A stretch of DNA of 64,000 bases from positions 3,133 to 67,132 of the forward strand of contig JANNSJ010000049.1 in NCBI GenBank assembly GCA_031402435.1, written 5' to 3'. Both the position numbers and the translations under genes were made by a program. Source of the stretch: Bacteroidota bacterium. GTDB taxonomy: Bacteria; Bacteroidota; Ignavibacteria; UBA10030; UBA6906. How positions within the stretch are numbered: position 1 is the first letter of the stretch; each line of letters starts with the position of its first letter. Below are positions 1 to 9,898 of the stretch, in pieces. A model generated the notes under the pieces. That model saw only the letters and a list, made by a program, of their open reading frames with translations, searched no databases and had not been told where the DNA came from.

Positions 1-33
1 TGTGTCTCCGTGCCTCTGTGGTGTTCTTTTGTC

Positions 34-1080
34 TTAGTTCTTCCAATCAGCAATAAACAAATTCGTCTCGCCTCTCACCTTGCCATTCCTGTTCGAGGCA
101 AACACCAGCTTCTTCCCGTCCCGTGTAAACATCGGGAAGCTGTCGAACGTCTCGTTATGCGTTACTCGTTCAAGTCCGGTTCCATCCACATTGATGAGAT
201 AAAGATCGAAGTTCCGGCCTTTCGGATCGGCCATGTTGGAAGCAAAGATAATCCGCTTGTTTCCGGGATAGAAGAACGGAGCAAAGTTTGCTGCACCATT
301 GTCAGTGATTCGTCGTTTGTTCGAACCATCGGCATTCATCACCATGATTTCCATTCGGGTCGGACGTACGAGATTGTTTGCAAGTAATCCTTTGTATGTC
401 GCAACATCTGCGCTGTCCGTGTAGTGCCACGCCCGATAGCAAATCATCTTGCCATCCCAAGAGTAGAACGCTCCGCCATCGTAGCCAAGCTCGTTCGTCA
501 ATTGTTTGATGTCGGAACCATCCAACTTCATGCTGTAGAGATCAAGATCGCCATTACGAACAGAAGTGAAGATCATCCGGTCACGTTTCGGCGAAATCGT
601 TGCCTCTGCATCGTAACCCGGAGTTGTCGTCAATTGTTTGAGATGTGAACCATCTGCGTTGGCAGTGAAGATGTCGTATTCCGGAGAAACCGCCCAAACA
701 TATCCCTTGGAATAATCGAGCGGTGGGGGACAGGAGTCTCGAAGATGATGTGTTGAAGCAAAGAGAATATTCTTGCCACCGGGAAAGAAGTAACCACATG
801 TCGTTCGTCCCTTTCCCGTGCTGACAAGCTGAACCTTTGCCGTTTTCAGATCCATCACAAACTGTTGGTCGCACTGAAACGAATCTCGTGTGGACTGGAA
901 GATGAGTTTCTTCTCATCAAACGAGAAGTAGCCCTCAGCGTTCTGTCCGCCGAAGGTAAGCTGCCGTATGTTGGCAAAGTGTTTTTCACCCTCAACAACC
1001 AAGGAAGGGGATTGTGCGTGAACCTCCACTGACATGGCCAGGAGGCAAACTACGAAAGCGACACGAGAGAAGACGATCAT
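34..1080 (-). CDS. Periplasmic PD40/WD40-like beta-propeller repeat protein (TolB-like), with signal peptide
   Basis: 348-aa ORF. N-terminal signal peptide MIVFSRVAFVVCLLAMSVEVHA. Repeated 'DGS/DGT...ITxxxxxxxxPxFSPDGKKI'-type PD40 motifs (DGSHLKQLT, DGSDIKQLT, DGSNKRRIT, DGTGLERVT). Confidence 0.75.
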   Translation of the reverse strand: MIVFSRVAFVVCLLAMSVEVHAQSPSLVVEGEKHFANIRQLTFGGQNAEGYFSFDEKKLIFQSTRDSFQCDQQFVMDLKTAKVQLVSTGKGRTTCGYFFPGGKNILFASTHHLRDSCPPPLDYSKGYVWAVSPEYDIFTANADGSHLKQLTTTPGYDAEATISPKRDRMIFTSVRNGDLDLYSMKLDGSDIKQLTNELGYDGGAFYSWDGKMICYRAWHYTDSADVATYKGLLANNLVRPTRMEIMVMNADGSNKRRITDNGAANFAPFFYPGNKRIIFASNMADPKGRNFDLYLINVDGTGLERVTHNETFDSFPMFTRDGKKLVFASNRNGKVRGETNLFIADWKN

Positions 1081-1141
1081 GATATCCCGGGAAAAAGATG
1101 ATTGAGAACAGGAACATGGGTAAGCACACTTATCAACACTG

Positions 1142-1402
1142 TCAAGAGGAATATTCCTTGCCGGTGGCCCTGTCGGTTAGCTGCAGAACCTGGTCCAGGC
1201 GGAGGATGATTTCTTTTCCGGTGGACCGATCTTCTGCTTTGAGGAACTCCTGTTTGTCTCTGGAGAAGAGATCAAGAACTGTCAGAGTCAATTCGCTTTC
1301 TCCGAATTCATTCTTGATCCGTACGTCAAGAGCGGCTCGACGAACCGCCGCCGCTTCGATAACATCGTAAAGAGAGCAAGCAATTGGTTTGTAATCGGTC
1401 AT
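1142..1402 (-). CDS. rof: Rof/YaeO-family Rho-binding anti-termination protein
   Basis: 86 aa. Aligns along its whole length with E. coli Rof (MxDxYxPIxCxxYDxxExA...DLxSRxxxExL...ELRLDxI). Confidence 0.6.
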   Translation of the reverse strand: MTDYKPIACSLYDVIEAAAVRRAALDVRIKNEFGESELTLTVLDLFSRDKQEFLKAEDRSTGKEIILRLDQVLQLTDRATGKEYSS

Positions 1403-1950
1403 CGTGCCTGCTTGAGTTTTGCGAGTGCTGCCTTGAGGTTCTCGAAAGAATACGCTTCGCGTGCCTTGTACGCGGGATCGATGTAGGCGATGTTTCCGTT
1501 CCGGTCAATCAGGTAAATGGTGCGTATGTTGTATCCTGTATCGGCATTGTAGCTCGAATATGTCTTCGCCACCTGGTGATCGTGATCAGCAAGCAAACCG
1601 AATTGCAGGTTGTGGTGCTTTGCCCATTCCCGGTGCGAATATGCATAGTCGCCGCTGATTCCAAAGACCGTCGCACCAAGATCCCCAAGCACGGCAAAGT
1701 TATCTCGAATTGTACACATTTCTACTGTGCAGCCCCCGCTCCAGTCAGCCGGGTAGAAGGCAAGGATGATGTTGTTCTTGCCGATGACTTCAGAGAGCTT
1801 CAGTGCTTCGGTGATGGAATCTTTGGTAGCGAGAGGAAGGGAGAAGTCGGGTGCTTTGTCGCCGACATTGAGCTTATCTGCTGCGTTTGCTTGGAGAGTC
1901 ATAAGTGTGATCCAGAGTGTGGCGATTGTAAGACTCGTACGCGTGAACAT
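1399..1950 (-). CDS. Peroxiredoxin, AhpC/TSA (Bcp-like) family, with signal peptide
   Basis: FYPADWSGGCTVEMC redoxin active-site region. N-terminal signal peptide. 4-nt overlap with rof. Confidence 0.8.
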   Translation of the reverse strand: MFTRTSLTIATLWITLMTLQANAADKLNVGDKAPDFSLPLATKDSITEALKLSEVIGKNNIILAFYPADWSGGCTVEMCTIRDNFAVLGDLGATVFGISGDYAYSHREWAKHHNLQFGLLADHDHQVAKTYSSYNADTGYNIRTIYLIDRNGNIAYIDPAYKAREAYSFENLKAALAKLKQAR

Positions 1951-2297
1951 CCCGAACTCCTGCTATGAGAATAAATGCCGCTAAAATGTAGTGTTACATT
2001 GGCGAAAATGCAACCGTGATCTGCCTTCAGTGCAAGGCACCAAGCCAAGGGGGCAATGCGCAAGAAAGATTGGTACATAAACACGCGTCACTCTGAGCGC
2101 AGTCTGGACCGCTTCTCAGGAAAAGACGAAGTCGAGAGTGTCATGAGCAGCCTTCGACGAAGTCTACCCTGAGCTCGTCGAAGGGTTCGCTCAAATCGCT
2201 CACTGCGCTCAGGCTGACGTCGACCCAGAGTCCTTGACTCTCTTTCACATCGTGGATATATTGACTCTGAAATCTCACGTTCACTCCAACATATCCC

Positions 2298-3011
2298 ATG
2301 ACCTTCTCCGGCAAGACAGCAATCGTTACAGGCGGAACCGGCGCTCTCGGCAGCATATGCGTCGATCGCCTCCTCAACGCAGGAATCAACATCGCAGTTC
2401 CATACAATTCAGAAACATCACTCGCTAACATTCCCAAACGGGTTGCGCAATCTCCGGACAAACTTCTCACCATCAAAACCGACCTGACCGTTGAAGACGG
2501 GGTTGAATCGTTTGTCGCTGAAGTGGTGAAGAGGTTTGGAACGATTGACTATCTCGTGAACACTGCCGGCGGCTATACCGGCGGCAGCACAATTGACGAA
2601 GTGACGCTCGAAGATTGGGAAGGCATTATGACTCTGAATTTGCGGACTGCGTTCCTGATTTGCCGTGGCTCGCTCAGGCAGATGCGCAAGCAGGGCTTCG
2701 GACGCATTGTGAACATTGCATCGATGCATGCAGTCTCGCCAAGTGCAAAGAAGGGACCGTATGCCGTTTCCAAGCGGGGAGTTATCACTCTCACGGAAAC
2801 GATTGCCGAAGAGACAAAGGGAACAGGCATTACCGCCAACGCCATCGCACCGAGCACGATCGTTACTGAAGCCAACAAACAGTCCATGCCCAAAGCCGAT
2901 TTCTCCAAATGGGTGACCCCAGAAGAGATTGCGCAACTTGCTCTATACCTGTGCTCTGACGAAGCAAAGAGTGTGAGTGGCAACGTGATCAAGATTTATG
3001 GGGGAGTGTGA
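2298..3011 (+). CDS. SDR-family short-chain dehydrogenase/reductase
   Basis: TGGTGALG Rossmann motif, NTAG motif, catalytic YxxxK (YAVSK). Confidence 0.85.
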   Translation: MTFSGKTAIVTGGTGALGSICVDRLLNAGINIAVPYNSETSLANIPKRVAQSPDKLLTIKTDLTVEDGVESFVAEVVKRFGTIDYLVNTAGGYTGGSTIDEVTLEDWEGIMTLNLRTAFLICRGSLRQMRKQGFGRIVNIASMHAVSPSAKKGPYAVSKRGVITLTETIAEETKGTGITANAIAPSTIVTEANKQSMPKADFSKWVTPEEIAQLALYLCSDEAKSVSGNVIKIYGGV

Positions 3012-3030
3012 AAAGATTAACGACGCGTAC

Positions 3031-4737
3031 ATGCGCAACGCACTGATTCTCGCTCTTCTCGTTACACTTCTCCTCGGCGGACAAACGCCTTCGCCAATCC
3101 AGCAAATGACATTCCAACACGACCTCGATGCGCTCACCAAACGTGGTTTCACCTACCGTATGCTCGACAATGATCTGATTGAATTCACTGATCCAATGAG
3201 TGGTGAGAAGCGAATCAAGAGTTTGCGTGAGCCGAGCGAAGCAACGATTCGATCGTGGGCTGCACAGCGCGGCATACCGATACTTGAGATTGACCCGAAT
3301 ACGATTGACACAAACAAATACACAGGATGGTTCACGTATTGGGGCATGGTACCGCTTTCGAATGATGCCGGAATGCCATTGATTATTGATGACCTGAACC
3401 ATAACGGTAGGCCTGAAGTATGGGGGCTATACAGAGACTCTGGTCAAATTGCAAGCAAAGTCTATGAAGTAGATTCAAATGGAGTGTCTTCCCTCGTGCA
3501 TGAGTTCGTCCCTCGAATGGGATCGGCATTTCAAATAACAGATGTCGATAGAGATTCACTCAAGGAAATCAATTACACGTATGGAGATTCAGCATACAAC
3601 TTTGAACAGTCGTCTTTTCAGGATCTACCGACTCATCGTCAATTCGCATTTGCTGAATACGAATACTCGGGAACAGGAATTGTGACAAGGGTCGGAATCA
3701 GAAATCTTGACAAAGATAAATCTGCTGATTTCCTATATCGGGGATCAATCAGAGATAGTATGGGCAACCCTGTACTAGGAACATTTGTTGCCGAATTTAA
3801 TGATAGCATGCATAATTTTCAGAAGGTGTGGACGACAAATCTAAGTTCTTTTGAGTCCGCTATTGGGGGATATGAGGCAAATGATTTTGATGCAGATGGG
3901 CGAGAGGATTTCGCCGCTTCAGACATTTTCGGCAATGTGTTCGTGGTTGAAAACACAGGCGACAACGCCTATGCAATCATGTGGAGAGATACCGTTCCTT
4001 TTTCAAACGCCTTTTATCAAGGCTCAGGAGACATTGATAACGATGGAAGGCCAGAATTGTTCATAGGGGCATCTGTAAATGGGAACTGGACAACAATGTT
4101 CGAAGCCGATAGTGATAATTCTTATTCACCAAAACTCCTTATTCACCTACTCTCCGGCGGGGGTTTTGATAAGCCACAATATCTGGCCACAGATGTTGAT
4201 GGTGACGGAATACCTGAATTGACTATATGTTCGGGAGCAGATATATATATGTTCAAATCAAATGCAGATAACCAATACTCTCTTTGGTATCTCAAGCGTG
4301 AGAATGCGCGCGATGGAATTCAGTTCTACGACTTCAACAAGGACGGACGCAAAGATTTCATTGTGAGTAAGGCCGTTTATGTGGACCCACCAGGATATTT
4401 TAGAAACTATGCTGACATTTATGTTGGCACGTCCCTGGTTTCAGTAAATGAGCATGCCAGCCAGGAACTTCCTGAACGGGTAATACTCTATCCTAACTAT
4501 CCCAATCCCTTCAATCCAACAACATCCATCAGCTACGATCTGCCAGCTAGCGCAAACGTAAGTCTGAAAGTGCACGATCTGCTTGGCAGGGAAGTGGCAA
4601 CACTCGTTGATGGGTTTGTAGAAGCTGGCCATCATAACGAGACTCTGAATGCCGCACACCTTGCAAGCGGCGTGTACTTCTTTCGAATTCGGGCTGGCGG
4701 CTTTGTCCAGACAAAGAAACTGCTCCTGTTGCGGTAA
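3031..4737 (+). CDS. FG-GAP/VCBS repeat protein with T9SS C-terminal sorting domain
   Basis: Signal peptide MRNALILALLVTLLLGG. FG-GAP-like DxDGxxD repeats (DADGREDF, DNDGRPEL, DVDGDGIPEL, NKDGRKDF). C-terminal about 80 aa (YPNPFNPTTSISYDL...GVYFFRIRAGGFVQTKKLLLLR) is typical of a Por/T9SS sorting domain. The start is more likely at 3031 than 2998. Confidence 0.8.
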   Translation: MRNALILALLVTLLLGGQTPSPIQQMTFQHDLDALTKRGFTYRMLDNDLIEFTDPMSGEKRIKSLREPSEATIRSWAAQRGIPILEIDPNTIDTNKYTGWFTYWGMVPLSNDAGMPLIIDDLNHNGRPEVWGLYRDSGQIASKVYEVDSNGVSSLVHEFVPRMGSAFQITDVDRDSLKEINYTYGDSAYNFEQSSFQDLPTHRQFAFAEYEYSGTGIVTRVGIRNLDKDKSADFLYRGSIRDSMGNPVLGTFVAEFNDSMHNFQKVWTTNLSSFESAIGGYEANDFDADGREDFAASDIFGNVFVVENTGDNAYAIMWRDTVPFSNAFYQGSGDIDNDGRPELFIGASVNGNWTTMFEADSDNSYSPKLLIHLLSGGGFDKPQYLATDVDGDGIPELTICSGADIYMFKSNADNQYSLWYLKRENARDGIQFYDFNKDGRKDFIVSKAVYVDPPGYFRNYADIYVGTSLVSVNEHASQELPERVILYPNYPNPFNPTTSISYDLPASANVSLKVHDLLGREVATLVDGFVEAGHHNETLNAAHLASGVYFFRIRAGGFVQTKKLLLLR

Positions 4738-4857
4738 GTATCCAGTTGACTTTCAAACCCAATTCATCTAATTTTGTGGTAGTAAACGACCAATATCCGG
4801 TAGAACGCAGTTCCTCCACGAGTTGAACATCACCTCATTCAAGCAAATAATTCAAAC

Positions 4858-4885
4858 GCGGGAAGAAACGCTCCCGCTTTTTCAT
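4858..4885 (+). terminator. Rho-independent terminator after the T9SS cargo gene
   Basis: gcgggaagaaacgctcccgc hairpin followed by a ttttt tract. Confidence 0.55.
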
Positions 4886-5015
4886 TTAGAGTATGAAAAA
4901 CTAACCGCAGAGACGCGGAGACGCAGAGTTGAGTTGTTCGAAAACCTTTTTGTTCTCTGTGTCTCGGCGGCTCAGCGGTAATATTTAAACAGGTAACATC
5001 AGGAAGGACTGACAG

Positions 5016-5471
5016 ATGGGTTTAAAAGAACAGCTCAGTGAAGAGATAAAAGTTGCAATGAAAATGCCGGACAAGCTGCGGCTTGAAACCCTCCGCACCA
5101 TGCGGGCGGTATTGATGGAGCGGGAGATTGAGAAACGGGGATCCGGTCTGCCCGTAACGCCTGAAGATGAGATGGCGGTGATCATGAGCGCCGCAAAGAA
5201 ACGGAAGGAATCCATTGAGGCGTTTGAAAAGGGGGGACGACCGGAACTTGTCGAGCAGGAGAAGAAGGAACTCGCCATCATCCAGGAGTATCTGCCGAAA
5301 CAACTCGGCACTGATGACATTGCAAAGGTCATTGAGCAGGTTGTTGCGGAAACAGGCGCCAGCGGGGCCGGGGACTTCGGCAAAGTGATGCCGCAGGTGA
5401 TGAAGCAACTCAAAGGCAAAGCTGATGGCAAACTTATACAGGATATGGTGAAGAAGAGGCTGGGTGCATAA
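5016..5471 (+). CDS. GatB/YqeY domain-containing protein
   Basis: 151 aa. Typical GatB/YqeY sequence (LKEQLxxxxKxAMK...LRxxxAxL...EYLP). Overlaps the mutS2 start by 8 nt. Confidence 0.8.
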   Translation: MGLKEQLSEEIKVAMKMPDKLRLETLRTMRAVLMEREIEKRGSGLPVTPEDEMAVIMSAAKKRKESIEAFEKGGRPELVEQEKKELAIIQEYLPKQLGTDDIAKVIEQVVAETGASGAGDFGKVMPQVMKQLKGKADGKLIQDMVKKRLGA

Positions 5472-7848
5472 CGATGAGGCGATGTTGACATCAGTTATGC
5501 AGTTCGAACACGCAGCGACGAAACTCGAATTTGAAAAAGTCCTTCAACGGGTGCAGCGGTATGCCGCATCGGAACCGGGGACGGAGATCCTCTCGTTACG
5601 CACGTTCTCCACGTCTGTCGCTGAGATTACCAACGAGCTTACCTGCGTCTCGGAAGTAAAGAGTCTGATCGAGGCGGAAGGCTATCTCCCCATCGAAGGG
5701 ATACATCCGGTCAGAGCTTCGCTGCAAAAGTCCGGCGTTGAAGGCGCAGTACTTCAGCCCCGTGAAGTGTTGCACATCGGGCTGACATTAAAAACGGCAA
5801 AGGCGATGCGGGCGTTTCTTGCCAAACAACAAACGCAGGCAATGCTCGTATGGCAGATAGCGCAGCCGTTACACGTGGACAATGTTCTCAGCTTCAACAT
5901 CGAACGAGCGATTGATGAATCGGGCGCGGTCAGGGCAAACGCATCGAAGGAACTCCAGTCCATCCGGCGCTCCATCAATGAGAAGTACGATCAACTCCGG
6001 AAGCGTCTCGAAGCAATCCTGAAATCCGTGTCCGATCAGGGCTTCAGTCAGGACGATATCATCACGACGCGCGAAGGGCGCATGGTGATACCCGTGAAGG
6101 CCGAGCACAAGAACCGCGTGCAGGGATTCATCCACAGTGCATCGTCAAGCGGCGCCACCGTATTTATCGAGCCGTCCGACACGCTCGAAACGAACAACGA
6201 CATCCGCAGTCTGCAGTTTCAGGAACAACGTGAAGTTGAGCGTATCCTCAAAGAGTTGACGCTGCAGATTGGTGAACAGAGGGAGCAGCTTCTCAACAAT
6301 CTCAACATTCTTGCCCGTCTCGATGCGTTGAATGCGAAGGCGAAGTACTCGATTGAAGTGCTTGGTGTTCAGCCGCTGATCATTGAATCCGGAAAGATGA
6401 AGCTCGTGCAGGGGCGTCATCCTCTACTGCTGATGGCGCATGGGTATCAGGGAACTGTTCCACTTGATCTGGAACTCGGTGGTGAGTACACCACGCTGGT
6501 CATCAGCGGGCCAAATGCCGGCGGCAAAAGTGTTGCCATGAAATGTGCGGGGCTTCTAGTGCTGATGGCGCAGGTCGGGTTGCATATTCCGGCATCCGAT
6601 CAATCAGTTGTCAGAGTATTCAAGAAGATGTTTGTCGATATTGGTGACGAGCAGTCGATTGAAAACGATCTCAGTACGTTCAGTTCTCATCTTAAGAACC
6701 TTCGGCAGATTGCCGCTGATGCCGATCAGGAAAGCTTGGTGCTTATTGATGAGATTGGCTCTGGAACCGATCCTGCCGAAGGAGGCGCAATTGCAGCAGC
6801 GATGCTGGAATCACTGACGAAGCGAGGCTCATGCACGATCGCAACAACGCATCACGGAGCGCTCAAAGTGTTTGCCTATGAGACCGCCGGGGTTGAGAAC
6901 GGCGCCATGGAGTTCGATCAAACATCCCTGACGCCAACATATCGCTTCAAGGCAGGCATTCCTGGAAGCAGCTACGCACTGGAGATGGCCGACCGGCTCG
7001 GACTGGATAAGGATTTGCTTGGACGTTCCCGTGAGTTGCTCGGTGTTCAAAAGACGAAACTCGAAGGACTCATCGGCGAGCTTGAAGCATCAGCCCAGCA
7101 ATATCGACGTGAGATGGAAGAGCTGCGGGAAGAAAAGACTCGCGTCGACGGGCTTATACTACAATACGAATCAAAGCTTGCATTTCAATCAAAAGAGTTG
7201 AAAGAACTCCAACGACAAGCGGTGGATGAGGCGAAGCAGATCGTTGAGCGGGCGAATGCCGTAATCGAACGAAGCATTCGTGAGATCAAAGAGACAAAGG
7301 CGGACAAGGAGACACTGAGAAGCGTCCGACAAGAAGTTGCTGACCTCAGATCGAACCTAGAGAAAGACACTGTTCCTGCTGAAGCTCCCGTTGCGTCCGA
7401 CGAGCGAATCACAGTTGGCAGCAAAGTGCAGCTTATGGTTGGAGGTGAGGTTGGCGAAGTGCAGAGCATCGATGGAAAGAACGCTGTTGTAGTGTTTGGG
7501 ATTGTGAAGATGAAAGTTGCTGTCTCTGAACTTCACATCACCCATGACCGTCAAATGCGAAGGCCGAGCGAGTCGTTTGTTCGGAATGAAAAGTCCGAAC
7601 GCATTCCGACTGACATTGATTTGCGGGGAATGAATGGCGAAGAGGCACTTCCACTCGTTGACAAATTTATCGATACTGCCATGCTTGCCGGGCTTCACCG
7701 CATCGATATCATTCACGGCAAGGGTACAGGCGCATTGCGGAAGAAAGTGACAGAGTTTCTCGACAAACATCCGAGCGTCAAGTCATTTCATCTCGGTGAG
7801 TGGAATGAAGGCGGCACCGGTGCAACCGTTGTTGAATTGAAAAGCTGA
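5464..7848 (+). CDS. mutS2: Endonuclease MutS2 (MutS domain plus C-terminal Smr domain)
   Basis: 794 aa. Walker A GPNAGGKS, motif STFSSHL, C-terminal Smr ([10 protein letters not shown]...[11 protein letters not shown]). Confidence 0.9.
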   Translation: MHNDEAMLTSVMQFEHAATKLEFEKVLQRVQRYAASEPGTEILSLRTFSTSVAEITNELTCVSEVKSLIEAEGYLPIEGIHPVRASLQKSGVEGAVLQPREVLHIGLTLKTAKAMRAFLAKQQTQAMLVWQIAQPLHVDNVLSFNIERAIDESGAVRANASKELQSIRRSINEKYDQLRKRLEAILKSVSDQGFSQDDIITTREGRMVIPVKAEHKNRVQGFIHSASSSGATVFIEPSDTLETNNDIRSLQFQEQREVERILKELTLQIGEQREQLLNNLNILARLDALNAKAKYSIEVLGVQPLIIESGKMKLVQGRHPLLLMAHGYQGTVPLDLELGGEYTTLVISGPNAGGKSVAMKCAGLLVLMAQVGLHIPASDQSVVRVFKKMFVDIGDEQSIENDLSTFSSHLKNLRQIAADADQESLVLIDEIGSGTDPAEGGAIAAAMLESLTKRGSCTIATTHHGALKVFAYETAGVENGAMEFDQTSLTPTYRFKAGIPGSSYALEMADRLGLDKDLLGRSRELLGVQKTKLEGLIGELEASAQQYRREMEELREEKTRVDGLILQYESKLAFQSKELKELQRQAVDEAKQIVERANAVIERSIREIKETKADKETLRSVRQEVADLRSNLEKDTVPAEAPVASDERITVGSKVQLMVGGEVGEVQSIDGKNAVVVFGIVKMKVAVSELHITHDRQMRRPSESFVRNEKSERIPTDIDLRGMNGEEALPLVDKFIDTAMLAGLHRIDIIHGKGTGALRKKVTEFLDKHPSVKSFHLGEWNEGGTGATVVELKS

Positions 7849-7852
7849 ACGA

Positions 7853-9373
7853 ATGAAGACACGTACGATCAAGAAAGTCCTGATTGCCAATCGTGGCGAG
7901 ATTGCCGTTCGCATTATCCGTTCATGCAAGGAGATGGGAATCAAGACGGTTGCTGTCTACTCAGATGTTGACCGCACGATGCCGCACGTCCTCATGGCTG
8001 ACGAAGCGTATCCAATTGGACTGGCGCCTTCACGTGAGAGCTATCTCGTCATCGACAACATTATTGGAGCGGCAAAACAATCCGGAGCGGATGCAATTCA
8101 CCCGGGCTACGGGTTTCTCTCAGAGCGAGCGGAGTTTGCCGAACGTGTGATCAAGGAAGGACTCATCTTCATTGGTCCGCTCCCTGAATCGATCCGCGCA
8201 ATGGGAGACAAAACGGCGGCGCGCAAACTCGTAAGCAAAGCCAACGTACCCACGGTTCCTGGAACTCCCGACGCAATCGGTTCCGAAGATGAGGCAAAGG
8301 CGTTTTGCAAGTCGGCGGGATTTCCTGTGTTGATCAAAGCTGCTGCCGGTGGCGGTGGCAAGGGAATGCGCGTCGTTCATAAAATGGATGAGTTGTCATC
8401 TGCATTTCAGGGTGCAAAGTCCGAAGCGGAGAATGCGTTTGGAGATTCCCGCGTGTATCTCGAAAAGTATCTTGAACAGCCGCGCCATATCGAGTTCCAG
8501 ATTCTTGCCGATCAATATGGTAACACGATCCATCTCGGTGAGCGTGAATGTTCAATCCAACGTCGTCACCAGAAACTCATCGAAGAAACCCCGTCTGTCA
8601 TCGTTGATGATGCTCTCCGTGCGAAGATGGGGGAGACCGCTGTCAATGCAGCGAAGGCATGTGGATATCACAATGCCGGAACCATTGAATTCCTCGTTGA
8701 TAAAAACAGGAACTTCTACTTCCTTGAAATGAACACGAGGCTTCAGGTCGAACATCCCATTACCGAATTGCGAACCGGGATTGATCTTGTCGCGGCGCAG
8801 CTTCGCATAGCAATGGGTGAAAAGCTTCCGTGGTCGCAGAAGGACATTACGTTTCGCGGCCATGCCATCGAATGTCGCATCTGTGCTGAAGATCCGGAGA
8901 ACAATTATCTTCCTTCGACGGGTGTCATCTCTCATCTCCGTCCGGCATTAGGAGTCGGTGTCCGTGAAGATCGGGGAATCGAGCAGGGTGGAGAAGTCTC
9001 GGTATACTATGACCCAATGCTGTCCAAACTGATCTGTTGGGGAGCGACGAGAATCGAAGCAATCGAACGGATGAAGAGAGCGTTGCGTGAATATCAGTTG
9101 CTTGGCGTGAAGACGAACATCCCGTTGCATCTATTTGTACTTGAGCATCCCAATTTTCTTAGCGGCGAGTTTGACACACACTTCCTGCAGAATCATTTCA
9201 CGCCAGAGAAACTTCCTCATGCTATTGAAACAGAACAAATTGCTGCTGCCGTTGTTTGTGCTATGAAGCATCACACGAACTCTGCTAACAGAAGCCCATC
9301 CAGCGAGGCAAACGGATATACACCCAGCAAATGGAAGGCACAACGTACGGACAACATGAGAGGTGATACATGA
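7853..9373 (+). CDS. accC: Biotin carboxylase subunit (acetyl-/acyl-CoA carboxylase AccC type)
   Basis: 506 aa. [19 protein letters not shown]-grasp motifs, [14 protein letters not shown]. Confidence 0.9.
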   Translation: MKTRTIKKVLIANRGEIAVRIIRSCKEMGIKTVAVYSDVDRTMPHVLMADEAYPIGLAPSRESYLVIDNIIGAAKQSGADAIHPGYGFLSERAEFAERVIKEGLIFIGPLPESIRAMGDKTAARKLVSKANVPTVPGTPDAIGSEDEAKAFCKSAGFPVLIKAAAGGGGKGMRVVHKMDELSSAFQGAKSEAENAFGDSRVYLEKYLEQPRHIEFQILADQYGNTIHLGERECSIQRRHQKLIEETPSVIVDDALRAKMGETAVNAAKACGYHNAGTIEFLVDKNRNFYFLEMNTRLQVEHPITELRTGIDLVAAQLRIAMGEKLPWSQKDITFRGHAIECRICAEDPENNYLPSTGVISHLRPALGVGVREDRGIEQGGEVSVYYDPMLSKLICWGATRIEAIERMKRALREYQLLGVKTNIPLHLFVLEHPNFLSGEFDTHFLQNHFTPEKLPHAIETEQIAAAVVCAMKHHTNSANRSPSSEANGYTPSKWKAQRTDNMRGDT

Positions 9374-9867
9374 GTCGGTACATTGTGAACCTGGAGGGAA
9401 AAGAGTTTATTATAGACATTAGTCTGGATGGTGTTCTATCAGTTCTAGGACATGAAGGAGCAATCGACGTGCGACACGTTGGTGGCGATGCATATTCAGT
9501 TCTCACCGGCAATGTGTCAACGCAGATCATCGCGAGACGAGCTGGTGGCAAGTATCAGGTTCTCCTGAAGAATAATCAGGTTGAAGTGCAAGTTGAAACT
9601 GAACGAGATCGCTTGCTGGAGCTATACGCGACGGCATCAGGAAGTGCACATCATCGTTACGAGATCCACGCACCGATGCCTGCCCTTGTTGTGAGAGTTG
9701 AGGTGAACGTCGGAGATGAGGTGAAGGGAGGACAAGGCCTTATCGTTCTGGAAGCCATGAAAATGGAGAATGAAATCAAATCTCACCAGGCCGGTAAAGT
9801 GAAGGAGATCTATGTTGCAAAAGGAAAGGCAGTCGAAAAGGGCGAACTGTTGATGTTACTTGAGTAA
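9370..9867 (+). CDS. Biotin carboxyl carrier / biotin-lipoyl attachment domain protein
   Basis: C-terminal EAMKMENEI biotinyl-lysine motif. 4-nt overlap with accC. Confidence 0.8.
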   Translation: MSRYIVNLEGKEFIIDISLDGVLSVLGHEGAIDVRHVGGDAYSVLTGNVSTQIIARRAGGKYQVLLKNNQVEVQVETERDRLLELYATASGSAHHRYEIHAPMPALVVRVEVNVGDEVKGGQGLIVLEAMKMENEIKSHQAGKVKEIYVAKGKAVEKGELLMLLE

Positions 9868-9898
9868 TACGAATCGTAACTTAAAGGAATTTCCGTTG

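Noticed and set aside
10-387. 125-aa plus-strand ORF at the window start
   Set aside because: Fully overlaps the TolB-like gene on the opposite strand, with no domain signal.
1384-1968. 194-aa plus-strand ORF
   Set aside because: Entirely antisense to the well-supported peroxiredoxin gene. Cys/Arg-rich and without recognisable domains.
2141-2476. 111-aa minus-strand ORF spanning the SDR gene start
   Set aside because: Overlaps the divergent promoter region and the 5' end of the SDR gene in antisense. No supporting features.
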